A DNA stretch of 41,263 nt from a bacterium (GCA_029555085.1 JAKPTO010000013.1:1-41263); one strand, 5' to 3'. Shown: positions 1-8,364, counted from the stretch's first letter. Numbers and translations: made by a program. Notes: generated from the letters alone by a model not told the origin.

Positions 1-132
1 CCATCTACTTATTGTACTTGGATTAAAACCATAATACCTTGCAACATGTCTAATACTTTTATGTTCATTAATAACCATATTAACTGCTTTAGCTCTTAAT
101 CTTGGTAAATTAGGATTAATAGTATATGCCAT
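1..132 (-). CDS. IS481-like transposase, N-terminal HTH (partial, runs off window)
   Basis: Not in the ORF track. Minus-strand ATG at 132 reads MAYTINPNLPRLRAKAVNMVINEHKSIRHVARYYGFNPSTISRW, a transposase-type HTH (SIRHVARYYGFNPSTISRW), and is open to the window edge. Confidence 0.7.
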   Translation of the reverse strand, partial: MAYTINPNLPRLRAKAVNMVINEHKSIRHVARYYGFNPSTISRW

Positions 133-187
133 ACACTTTAAGGATTAATAATTATTATATTATATATATTTAATTATTACACTTAAA

Positions 188-214
188 GTGTTGCCAAGCT
201 ATTGGGCTATTACG
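188..214 (-). mobile_element. Candidate left terminal repeat of the IS481-like element
   Basis: Minus strand reads CGTAATAGCCCAATAGCTTGGCAACAC. GGYAACAC sits at positions 20-27 from the end, the same register as in the IS end at 41123. It starts CGT rather than the canonical TGT. Confidence 0.4.
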
Positions 215-220
215 ATGCAC

Positions 221-248
221 TTGATTAATATGAAAAATTATGTATAAT
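221..248 (+). promoter_or_regulatory. sigma70-type promoter for tRNA-Leu
   Basis: TTGATT (221-226), 16 nt spacer, TATAAT (243-248), ending 15 nt before the tRNA. Confidence 0.5.
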
Positions 249-263
249 ATTCTATATATACGC

Positions 264-350
264 GCCGTGGTGGCGGAATTGGTATACGCGACGGACTTAA
301 AATCCGTTGAAGGCAACTTCTTGTGGGTTCAAGTCCCACCCACGGTACCA
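264..350 (+). tRNA. tRNA-Leu(TAA)
   Basis: GCCGTGG...CCACGGT-A-CCA acceptor stem, ACGGA-CTTAAAA-TCCGT anticodon arm, long variable arm, GGTTCAAGTCC T-loop, encoded CCA. Confidence 0.97.
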
Positions 351-355
351 CATTT

Positions 356-384
356 AAAAATACTCTGAGGTCGGGGTATTTTTT
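356..384 (+). terminator. Intrinsic terminator after tRNA-Leu
   Basis: AAAAATACTCTGA-GG-TCGGGGTATTTTTT hairpin followed by a T-tract. Confidence 0.7.
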
Positions 385-457
385 ATATATAAAACAACTA
401 AAAAACACCCTATGAATTTGTTTCTATGTCGCATTTGACCTTAGAGAGAACGAGCTA

Positions 458-486
458 TTGACAAAAAAATTTAGATATGCTATACT
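458..486 (+). promoter_or_regulatory. Strong sigma70 promoter (extended -10)
   Basis: TTGACA (458-463), 17 nt spacer, TATACT (481-486), preceded by TGn. Confidence 0.8.
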
Positions 487-647
487 CCTAGGTTAGCTTA
501 AAAAGCTAATTTCACAAATCCGTATATTTCTGCATCCACGACAAGCATGAAAATTCCTAAAAGATCTCTGCAGGCTGTGTCCTAGATATTCGCTCGCATA
601 GTTCTTAGAGAAATTTTCTTGGGTGCAGTAATATATGGATTTATTAT

Positions 648-676
648 TTGACTAAATACTTTATAAATGATATTGT
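648..676 (+). promoter_or_regulatory. Possible second promoter for nusA
   Basis: TTGACT (648-653), 17 nt spacer, TATTGT (671-676) with TGn extension. Confidence 0.45.
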
Positions 677-682
677 TAATTC

Positions 683-709
683 AAGCTAGTATATTATACT
701 AGTTTTTTT
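683..709 (+). terminator. Weak intrinsic terminator/attenuator upstream of nusA
   Basis: CTAGTAT-ATT-ATACTAG stem followed by T7, ending 33 nt before the nusA ATG. Confidence 0.55.
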
Positions 710-742
710 AAAAAATAATTTTGGGAAACCAAATACAAAAAT

Positions 743-1936
743 ATGTTTCAAAATACAGACGAAATAAAACAAGCAATACAAGATATTTGTGAAGAAAAAA
801 ATATCTCAATTGATTCTGTTATAGACGGAATTGAAGCTGCTCTTGCTGCGGCATATAGGAAAGATTTTGGTAATAAGAATCAAAACATAAAGGTAAATTT
901 TGATATTGACACGGGAGAAATTGAAGCATTTGATATAAAAACTGTTGTAGAAGATCGAGATATAGAAAAAGAAGCAGAGGAATATCAAAAAATTAAGGAC
1001 TCATTAAAAGATGGCGAGGAAATGCCAGAGGGAATCGTAAGATTTAATCCTAAAACCGAAATATTGCTATCAGAAGCAAAAGAAATTGATAAAAAAATAA
1101 AAATAGGTGAAGAATTAAGAGTTGAGCTTGAAACTCCAAATGACTTTGGAAGAATAGCCGCTCAAACCGCAAAACAAGTTATAATTCAAAAAATTAGAGA
1201 AGCAGAAAGAGAGACAATTCTATCAGAATTCAAACAAAGAGAAGGAGAGGTCGTAAACACAACAGTTCAACGCAGAGAAGGTCCAAATGTGTTAGTTGAT
1301 TTAAATAGAACAATAGGAATAATTCCACCTGAAGAACAGGTAAGAAATGATAATTACATGCCTGGATCTAGATTAAAGGTTATAATTCTTCGCGTTGAAG
1401 AAACTGTAAAAGGACCAAGAGTAATAGTTTCTCGCGCTCATCCTGAAATAATAAATAAGGTATTTACATTGGAAGTGCCTGAAATATCAAACGGAATTGT
1501 AGAAATAAAGGCAATAGCCCGCGACCCAGGTTCTAGAACAAAAATCGCTGTTGCAAGCAAACAAGAAAACATCGACCCAGTTGGTTCTTGTGTTGGGCAA
1601 AAGGGATCAAGAGTACAAGCAATAATATCAGAACTTGGCGGAGAAAAAATAGACATAATAGAATGGAACAAAGATCCGGAGATATTTATAAAAAATTCTC
1701 TCTCTCCTGCAAAAATAATAAATATAGAAATAAATAAAGAAGAAAAAACATCTATTGTAAAAGTAGCAGAAGATCAACTGTCTTTAGCTATTGGACGCGA
1801 TGGACAAAATGTAAAACTTGCTACAAAACTAACTGGTTGGAAAATAGATGTTGAGGGAATAGAAAACATTGAAGAAAAAATAGGAGAAGAAGAAAAAATT
1901 CAAGAAGAAACAGAAGAAATTCAAGAAGAAGAATAA
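743..1936 (+). CDS. nusA: Transcription termination/antitermination factor NusA
   Basis: FGRIAAQTAKQVIIQKIREAER, S1 domain, KH motifs (ARDPGSRTKIAV, DPVGSCVGQKGSRV, LSLAIGRDGQNVKLA). Confidence 0.98.
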   Translation: MFQNTDEIKQAIQDICEEKNISIDSVIDGIEAALAAAYRKDFGNKNQNIKVNFDIDTGEIEAFDIKTVVEDRDIEKEAEEYQKIKDSLKDGEEMPEGIVRFNPKTEILLSEAKEIDKKIKIGEELRVELETPNDFGRIAAQTAKQVIIQKIREAERETILSEFKQREGEVVNTTVQRREGPNVLVDLNRTIGIIPPEEQVRNDNYMPGSRLKVIILRVEETVKGPRVIVSRAHPEIINKVFTLEVPEISNGIVEIKAIARDPGSRTKIAVASKQENIDPVGSCVGQKGSRVQAIISELGGEKIDIIEWNKDPEIFIKNSLSPAKIINIEINKEEKTSIVKVAEDQLSLAIGRDGQNVKLATKLTGWKIDVEGIENIEEKIGEEEKIQEETEEIQEEE

Positions 1937-2073
1937 GAAAGATTATACACTATAACCCTATTTTATGTTTTTGTAACAAGAGTTGATTTATTTAAAAATA
2001 AGCCTTAAAATTACAATGCACAATAAATAACTCGCTGAATTAAACTAAATAATAAAAAATTAAATTAAAAAAT

Positions 2074-2481
2074 ATGTTTAAAAAAGAGATGCCTCAAAAT
2101 ATAAAAAATACGGAAACCGTAATAGGCGAATCAGTCGTCTTAGAGGGAGAATTTAATAGTCACGGAAATATAGTATTAGAAGGAAAACTAAATGGAAACT
2201 TATCAACAGATGGCCATGTCTTAATAGGAGACAAAGCAGAAGTAGTTGCAAACATAAAAGCAGGAAGTGCTTTTATATCTGGTAAGGTAATTGGAAATAT
2301 TACATTATCTGACTCTATAGATATCGCAAAAACAGCAAACATTCAAGGCGACATAAAAGCTAGCTCAATTGCTGTTGAATCTGGTTGTCAAATAAATGGA
2401 AGAGTTTCCGTAGGATCGAAAATTATTGAAAATCCTAAAAAAACCACAAAACAAGAATTACCACTAGAAAGAGGCGAATAA
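2074..2481 (+). CDS. Bactofilin (polymer-forming cytoskeletal protein)
   Basis: ETVIGESVVLEGEF...GKLNGNL...IGDKAEVVANI...ISGKVIGNI beta-helix repeats. Confidence 0.9.
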   Translation: MFKKEMPQNIKNTETVIGESVVLEGEFNSHGNIVLEGKLNGNLSTDGHVLIGDKAEVVANIKAGSAFISGKVIGNITLSDSIDIAKTANIQGDIKASSIAVESGCQINGRVSVGSKIIENPKKTTKQELPLERGE

Positions 2482-2534
2482 TTAATAGCCCAAAATTATA
2501 TTAAATTCCTAAAATAATAAATTACTAACTTGGT

Positions 2535-3284
2535 GTGAGTAAAATTATGTATCTTTATATATACGATTCATGTTTAAAAGAAAAAAAATTTGAAAATATT
2601 CTTACAAAAATAGAGAGTAGAATTATTGATTTAGATATAAAAGGCGAAATATTAAGAATGAATCTGCTAAAAAATGTTTCGCAATTTATCAAAGATGGAA
2701 TTAAAAAAGGAGCACATACTGTTGTTGTTATAGGAAACGATAAAACATTCAGCACAGTGCTTGAAAGCGCGATGTCAGAAAATATAATAATGGGATATAT
2801 TCCTATTGATAAAAAAAGTAAATTTGCTCAAATTTTTGGAATTCCATATGGAGAACTCGCTTGTGCGATTCTTGGCGGAAGAATTATAGAAAAAATCGAT
2901 ATAGGAAAAATCAATAATAAATTCTTTCTCGGCTCTATTGTAATAGATGACTGTCAAAATGTAGAATTAAAAATAGATGATTTTAAAGTGCGAGTTGGTC
3001 GTGGAAATAAAATAATAATTAAAAATATTGATTTCGAAGAAGAAGATTCTAAAATATCAAATCCAACAGATGGATTGTTTGAAATTTTTGTAGAAAAAAG
3101 TGGTGGTTTTATGAGTAAAAATTCAAAACATACACTCATAAAAACAAATAATATTTTGATAAATTCAAGAGATACTTCAACTCCACTTATTTTCGATGAG
3201 ATCCAAACTATAAACACTCCCGCTCAAATTAGCATAGCAGATGAAAAACTAAATATTATAGTTGGTAGTAATAGAAAATTTTAA
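2535..3284 (+). CDS. Diacylglycerol-kinase-family protein (divergent)
   Basis: TVVVIGNDKTF (GGDGT-like but degenerate), MGYIPI, FAQIFGIP and KIDIGKIN match DAGK catalytic-domain motifs; GTG start. Confidence 0.7.
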   Translation: MSKIMYLYIYDSCLKEKKFENILTKIESRIIDLDIKGEILRMNLLKNVSQFIKDGIKKGAHTVVVIGNDKTFSTVLESAMSENIIMGYIPIDKKSKFAQIFGIPYGELACAILGGRIIEKIDIGKINNKFFLGSIVIDDCQNVELKIDDFKVRVGRGNKIIIKNIDFEEEDSKISNPTDGLFEIFVEKSGGFMSKNSKHTLIKTNNILINSRDTSTPLIFDEIQTINTPAQISIADEKLNIIVGSNRKF

Positions 3285-3297
3285 ACTATTTTTATAT

Positions 3298-3337
3298 AAA
3301 AAATCGCCATTGGCTTGATGCTGAAAGGCGATTTTTA
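3298..3337. terminator. Bidirectional terminator between convergent genes
   Basis: AAAAATCGCC...GGCGATTTTT inverted repeat with A and T tracts on either side. Confidence 0.65.
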
Positions 3338-3356
3338 TTTTATATAAAACTAATAT

Positions 3357-4106
3357 CTAATTTATAACCTCGACTTGATTGTTTTGTTTTTTGTTTATTG
3401 GTTTTGTGAAAAACATTGCTTCGAGAATTCCTAAAAGCGTTATTACAAAAAAATACAAAGCAAGTCCACCGGGAAGAGATAAGCTGATTAATACTGTTAC
3501 AATCGGCATAGTATAAGTCATTTGTTTTGTCATTGTTTCTGTTAAAGAAAGCTCTTTAGATTTGTTATCTGTGTTAATTTCTTGTTTGTCTTTTTTCTTT
3601 TGCATTAATAATCTACTTTGAAAAAATTGAGCCGTGCCAGCAAATACACCTAAAATCCATTGTGGTTTAGATAAATCTAAAATATTAAACATCATCGGAT
3701 TTATTGTTCCTGGATTTTTCACAAAACTATATAAAAAATCAAAATTTGTATTTACAAGACCATTTCTAAAAGCATAAAAAACGGAAATCATAATTGGAAG
3801 CTGTATCAAAGGCGTCAAACACGATGAAAAAGGGCTAATGTCTTCTTGCTTGTATAATTCCATTGTTGCTCTGGCGAGCGCTTGCTGATCTCCCTTATAT
3901 TGGGTTTGTAATGCTTCTAATTTTGGCTGAATTGTCTGCATTGCTTTCTGAGATCTCATTGACTTTTTTGATAATGGCCAAATAATAATTTTTATAATTA
4001 TTGTTACGAAAATTATTGCTATCCCTATATCCGGAATTAAATTGTAAAAAAATACTAATAAATTAAATATTGGATAATACAGGACTACTTTAAAAAATGC
4101 GATCAT
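3357..4106 (-). CDS. yidC: Membrane protein insertase YidC (short form)
   Basis: GIAIIFVTIIIKIIIWPL, MQTIQPKLEALQTQYK, PFSSCL.PLIQLPI, LPGGLALY; located in the rpmH-rnpA-yidD operon. Confidence 0.95.
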   Translation of the reverse strand: MIAFFKVVLYYPIFNLLVFFYNLIPDIGIAIIFVTIIIKIIIWPLSKKSMRSQKAMQTIQPKLEALQTQYKGDQQALARATMELYKQEDISPFSSCLTPLIQLPIMISVFYAFRNGLVNTNFDFLYSFVKNPGTINPMMFNILDLSKPQWILGVFAGTAQFFQSRLLMQKKKDKQEINTDNKSKELSLTETMTKQMTYTMPIVTVLISLSLPGGLALYFFVITLLGILEAMFFTKPINKKQNNQVEVIN

Positions 4107-4146
4107 ATTTTTATTTTACCTGCCTACAAAAAGCAGGAATTATTAA

Positions 4147-4380
4147 TTATTTCAATGGATCTAATCCTCCTTTTGATAGGGGATTACACTTAATTATTCT
4201 TTTTATTGAAAGAAAAGCTCCCTTTATAATACCATATTTTTCTATAGCTTGATAACTATAATTTGAACAAGTCGGATAATACTTACAAAATCCATACGGA
4301 TGTTTATATGAATTCCAGCCAGTATCTGGTGATATTGTTTTCTGGTAAAGCCTAATTAAATATAAAAGTATTTTTTTCAT
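4147..4380 (-). CDS. yidD: Membrane protein insertion efficiency factor YidD
   Basis: [11 protein letters not shown]...[10 protein letters not shown]...[15 protein letters not shown]. Confidence 0.95.
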   Translation of the reverse strand: MKKILLYLIRLYQKTISPDTGWNSYKHPYGFCKYYPTCSNYSYQAIEKYGIIKGAFLSIKRIIKCNPLSKGGLDPLK

Positions 4381-4718
4381 TGCATTGCTTTTGCTTTTTT
4401 AAAAATATATAACAAATCTTTTTCAATATCGGAATAACTTAATTTTAACACGCTTAATTTTGCAAAAATCATAAAATCAAATCCTGGTTTTATTTTATCA
4501 TAATTTAACCTTAATGCCTCATAAGTTCTTCTTCTGATTCTGTTTCTATCCACGGCTCGTTTAGAAATTTTTTTTGAAACAACTACACAAAAACGACTTT
4601 TTGAAAGTTCGTTTTTAGAAAATCTTAAAATAAAATTATTACTATAAAATTTTGATTTGGATTTTAAAATTCTATCAAAATCTTTTTTCCTGCTAATTCT
4701 AATTTCTTTAGCAATCAT
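4377..4718 (-). CDS. rnpA: Ribonuclease P protein component
   Basis: [26 protein letters not shown] motif. Confidence 0.96.
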   Translation of the reverse strand: MIAKEIRISRKKDFDRILKSKSKFYSNNFILRFSKNELSKSRFCVVVSKKISKRAVDRNRIRRRTYEALRLNYDKIKPGFDFMIFAKLSVLKLSYSDIEKDLLYIFKKAKAMQ

Positions 4719-4723
4719 TACTA

Positions 4724-4861
4724 TTAAACTGTTAGTTTTTTTCTACCCTTTGCTCTTCTTCTTGCTAAAACCTTTCTTCCACCAGCAGTACTCATTCTTT
4801 CCATAAAACCATGAGTTTTTGCTCTTTTTCTTTTCTTTGGTTGATATGTTCTCTTTGGCAT
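4724..4861 (-). CDS. rpmH: 50S ribosomal protein L34
   Basis: Missed by the ORF track (45 aa): [45 protein letters not shown]. Confidence 0.97.
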   Translation of the reverse strand: MPKRTYQPKKRKRAKTHGFMERMSTAGGRKVLARRRAKGRKKLTV

Positions 4862-4955
4862 ATTTTTATAAGACTTAAAATAATAATAGATATAGAATAG
4901 CAGTAAATATGGATTCAGTCAATAAAAAACGATTAAAAATAATTAAAAATTTATT

Positions 4956-4984
4956 TTGACAAATTAATACAAACTTGATATATT
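4956..4984 (+). promoter_or_regulatory. sigma70 promoter for the orphan gene at 5014
   Basis: TTGACA (4956-4961), 17 nt spacer, TATATT (4979-4984) with TGn extension. Confidence 0.65.
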
Positions 4985-5013
4985 CATAAATAATTAAAAA
5001 TGGGAGGAATAAA

Positions 5014-5271
5014 TTGAAAAACTATTTATTAATAGCTATTACTATCCGCGGAACAACAATTATCCAACAAATGGGAAATCTGGAAGAATTCAAAAGTGTT
5101 GTGAAAGAACTTGTAAACAATGAAATAGTGGTATCCGCTGTTATTATTGAGGCGTCTCTGGAAAAAGTAAGAGTCCAGAGATTAAAAGGGGAGGTTGAAA
5201 AGGTCGAAAACTTCAAAGAAATCCTTGATGAAACCTGTCCCGACTGGGAACATACTGAAAACATAATATAA
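5014..5271 (+). CDS. Hypothetical protein (85 aa, SD-led orphan)
   Basis: TTG start 6 nt after GGGAGG (5002-5007); own promoter and terminator; no recognisable family. Confidence 0.65.
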   Translation: MKNYLLIAITIRGTTIIQQMGNLEEFKSVVKELVNNEIVVSAVIIEASLEKVRVQRLKGEVEKVENFKEILDETCPDWEHTENII

Positions 5272-5280
5272 TAATAGATT

Positions 5281-5307
5281 AGGGGGTTAAACCATAAACC
5301 CCTTTTT
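5281..5307 (+). terminator. Intrinsic terminator
   Basis: AGGGGGTT-AAACCATA-AACCCCTT followed by a T-tract. Confidence 0.7.
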
Positions 5308-5319
5308 ATATTTTAAAAA

Positions 5320-5378
5320 TTTTCCACAGGATCTAAAATCTAAAATTTGATAAAAAAGTTATCCACAATTCATCCACA
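5320..5378 (+). promoter_or_regulatory. DnaA boxes upstream of dnaA
   Basis: TTTTCCACA (5320-5328), TTATCCACA (5359-5367), TCATCCACA (5370-5378). Confidence 0.85.
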
Positions 5379-5453
5379 GTTTATAGACATTACACTATTT
5401 ATTAATTATAATTAATAAGCTAAAATATGATTATTAATAATAAATTTTAAAAT

Positions 5454-6830
5454 ATGAACTTTGAGGAGATATGGCAAAGTGTGCTGGGTGAACTTGAACT
5501 TACAATTTCAAAAGCAAGTTTTACAACCTGGTTTAAAAACACAAGCATCATGGACATAGAAGATGATTGTGTTTATATTTCTGTTCCAAATGGATTTACA
5601 AAAAGATGGTTAGAAGATCGTTATTACAAAAATATTTTATCAGCAGTTACCAATGTATTAAAAGAAGATAGAATAAAAAAATTAATTTTTAAAATTTCTC
5701 ACACTCCAACAAAGATTAATATTTCTGGAAATACTAATTCTGTAAAATTAGAAGACATACAAAAAGACAACTCCCCAAAACTAACTCAGAGTGGCACTGT
5801 TCCTCTTGTTATAAATCCAAAATATACTTTTGAAAATTTTATAACTGGAAAACAAAACGAACTTGCAAAAGCTGCGTCAATGGCTGTAGCAAAAAACCCT
5901 GGAAAAGTCTATAATCCTTTATTTTTATATGGTGATGTTGGTCTTGGAAAAACTCATTTAATGCAATCTATTGGAAATTATATTAAACAAAAATTTCCAA
6001 AATACAAAATGCTTTATACGAGTAGTGAAAATTTTACAAATGATTATGTAAAAGCGATTCAGTCAGGAAAAATAGATGATTTTAAGAAAAAATATAGAGA
6101 ACTTGATGCTTTACTTGTTGACGATATTCAATTTATGAGAGGACAAGAAAGAACTCAAGAAGAATTTTTTCATACATTTAATGTACTTTATCAAAACAAC
6201 AAACAAATTGTAATAAGTTCAGACCGCCCACCAAAATCACTTCCAGCAATTGAAGAAAGATTAACATCTAGATTTGAAAGTGGAATGATTGCGGATATTG
6301 GATCTCCTGATTTTGAAACGAGAATTGCAATCTTAAAATCAAAAATAAAAGAAAAAAATATACAAATGGAAATCTCAGAAGAAGTACTATCTATTATTTC
6401 AAATTCAGCAAAGAAGAATGTAAGAGAATTAGAAGGAGCATTAAATAGAATAGTTGCTATTCATCAACTAAATAATCAGAAAATAACCATTGAGTCAGCT
6501 CAACTTACACTAAATTCTACAAATGCAAAACCAAAAGAAGTTGGTCTTAATGCAAAGTCTATAATTCAAGCAGTTTCAGAATATTTTGATGTTGATTATG
6601 AAAAAATTATAGGAAATTCAAGAAAAAAAGAACTTGTAATACCAAGACAAATCTGTATGTATCTTATGAGAGTAGAATTAAATTATTCTTATCCTGGAAT
6701 CGGGGCTGAAATGGGTGGACGAGATCACACAACAGCAATTCACGGTTACAACAAAATAGAAGAAGAATTAAAAACAAATGAAAAGTTAAAAAGTGATATA
6801 AATAATATAAAACAAAAATTATATAATTAA
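5454..6830 (+). CDS. dnaA: Chromosomal replication initiator DnaA
   Basis: NPKYTFENF, YNPLFLYGDVGLGKTHL (Walker A), LLVDDIQF (Walker B), GGRDHTTAIH (domain IV). Confidence 0.99.
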   Translation: MNFEEIWQSVLGELELTISKASFTTWFKNTSIMDIEDDCVYISVPNGFTKRWLEDRYYKNILSAVTNVLKEDRIKKLIFKISHTPTKINISGNTNSVKLEDIQKDNSPKLTQSGTVPLVINPKYTFENFITGKQNELAKAASMAVAKNPGKVYNPLFLYGDVGLGKTHLMQSIGNYIKQKFPKYKMLYTSSENFTNDYVKAIQSGKIDDFKKKYRELDALLVDDIQFMRGQERTQEEFFHTFNVLYQNNKQIVISSDRPPKSLPAIEERLTSRFESGMIADIGSPDFETRIAILKSKIKEKNIQMEISEEVLSIISNSAKKNVRELEGALNRIVAIHQLNNQKITIESAQLTLNSTNAKPKEVGLNAKSIIQAVSEYFDVDYEKIIGNSRKKELVIPRQICMYLMRVELNYSYPGIGAEMGGRDHTTAIHGYNKIEEELKTNEKLKSDINNIKQKLYN

Positions 6831-7117
6831 TTATATATAGTAGATGTTAGTAGTTTGTTAATAAGTATAGTTTTTCTAGAAAATTTTGTGGATAATTTTT
6901 GTGGATAAACTATTAAAAACTTTTTACAAAAAATTGTTACACAAAAAACTACAACTTATCAACAGTTTAGAATATTAAAAAATAGGTTAAAATAGATAAA
7001 TAATTAACTTATCAACAAAATTCACAGCATTATTATAATTAGTATTTATATATAATAAATTATTAATAAATAAGTTATAAATTAAATTTTAAAATTTAAA
7101 ACTTAAAATCTAACAAT
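6831..7117. other. oriC (dnaA-dnaN intergenic region)
   Basis: TGTGGATAA at 6887-6895 and 6900-6908; TTATCAACA at 6956-6964 and 7009-7017; degenerate box AAATTCACA (7019-7027); then CAT-TAT-TAT-AAT-TAG-TAT trios and an AT-rich tract. Confidence 0.85.
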
Positions 7118-8227
7118 ATGAAAATAATTTGCTTACAAGAAAATTTAATAAAAGGACTTCAAGTTGTAAGTCACTTAGCTGGTAAAAATTCAAATTTACC
7201 AATTTTAAACAATATTCTTATAACAGCTGATGATGGAATAATAACATTAACAACAACAAATTTAGAAATAGGAATAAGTTGTAAAATTAGAGGTAAAGTT
7301 GAAAAAAAGGGACAATGCACTGTTCAAGCTAGACTTATAACTGATTTTATATCTTTACTCCCAAAAGATAATATTGTTTTAGAATATGGAGATAATAAAT
7401 TAAAAGTAAATTGTGATAATAATACAAGTTTTATAAATACATTAAATCCAGAGGATTTTCCGCTTCTTCCGAAAATAAATAAAGAATCAGAATATGTAAT
7501 AAATATACAGGATTTAAAAAATGCATTGAAAAAAGTTTCATTTGCAGTTTCGTATGATTCAGTAAGACCAGAAATTTCAGGAGTGTTGATAAGTTTAGAA
7601 AATGAACGCGCAACTTTTGTAGGAACTGATTCATATAGATTAGCAGAAAAATCTATTAACACAAACAAACTTCCAGACGAAAAACATGTTATAGTTCCTC
7701 TTGATACAATTCAAGAAATTTCAAGAATTATAAATTATGAAACAGAAAATGAAGTTAAATTGTATATAGATGAGAATCAAATTTTATTTGGAATAAATGG
7801 AATTGAACTTGTATCTCGATTAATAGAAGGATCTTATCCAGATTATAAACAAATTATTCCAAAAGAATCAAAAACAAAAGCAGAAGTTAATACAATAGAA
7901 TTAACTCAAGCTATAAAAAGAACAAGTTTGTTTTGCAAACCAGGGATAAATGATATAAAACTAACTTTTGTTTCTGAAAAAGGAGAATTTGTTATAAATT
8001 CAATGAGTGATCAAATTGGTGAAAGTATGACAGTTGTTAAAGCAAATATAGATGGAGTTGATAATGAAATAGTTTTTAACTATAAATATATATTAGATGT
8101 ACTTTCAAATATTGATAGCTCTACAGTAAGTTTTGAAATGATTGATAATAAAACATCAGGAATTATAAAAACAAAGGATGATGAAGAGTATTTATATATT
8201 ATAAGTCCAATTAGACAACAAAATTAA
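7118..8227 (+). CDS. dnaN: DNA polymerase III beta sliding clamp
   Basis: LPILNNILI, TTTNLEIGI, EDFPLLP, GTDSYRLAE, SRLIEGSYPDYKQIIP. Confidence 0.98.
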   Translation: MKIICLQENLIKGLQVVSHLAGKNSNLPILNNILITADDGIITLTTTNLEIGISCKIRGKVEKKGQCTVQARLITDFISLLPKDNIVLEYGDNKLKVNCDNNTSFINTLNPEDFPLLPKINKESEYVINIQDLKNALKKVSFAVSYDSVRPEISGVLISLENERATFVGTDSYRLAEKSINTNKLPDEKHVIVPLDTIQEISRIINYETENEVKLYIDENQILFGINGIELVSRLIEGSYPDYKQIIPKESKTKAEVNTIELTQAIKRTSLFCKPGINDIKLTFVSEKGEFVINSMSDQIGESMTVVKANIDGVDNEIVFNYKYILDVLSNIDSSTVSFEMIDNKTSGIIKTKDDEEYLYIISPIRQQN

Positions 8228-8336
8228 TCAATCAAATAAGGAGTGTTAATATGTATGTAAATAGAGTTTAGGTATCGTAAATGTAATGGTTTTGGTAGAA
8301 CCTAATACCTCCAAATAAAATAGAGTAAAACTTCTC

Positions 8337-8364
8337 TTGACAAATAAATTAAGTTTGGTATACT
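8337..8364 (+). promoter_or_regulatory. sigma70 promoter for rpoBC
   Basis: TTGACA (8337-8342), 16 nt spacer, TATACT (8359-8364) with TGn extension, about 380 nt upstream of rpoB. Confidence 0.7.

Larger units (their letters stand above)
493..709 (+). ncRNA. Candidate structured RNA (6S-like rod or nusA leader)
   Basis: A small 5' hairpin (493-509) is followed by a continuous rod at 516-642 whose outer arms pair at 22/23 positions using G-U wobbles. It is bounded by a consensus promoter and a U-tract hairpin, and has no ORF in the track. Confidence 0.5.

Noticed and set aside
516-642. SRP (4.5S) RNA
   Set aside because: Size and rod shape fit, but the GNRA tetraloop and AGCAG internal-loop motif of helix 8 are missing on both strands.
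1980-2032. Hairpin GAGTTGATTTATT...AATAAATAACTC before the bactofilin gene
   Set aside because: AT-rich, bulged, with a large loop and no supporting motif; it could arise by chance.
4377-4380. Alternative genetic code (TGA = Gly, as in Gracilibacteria/Absconditabacteria)
   Set aside because: rnpA ends at a TGA overlapping the yidD ATG at the expected length, and all long genes are open under the standard bacterial code.
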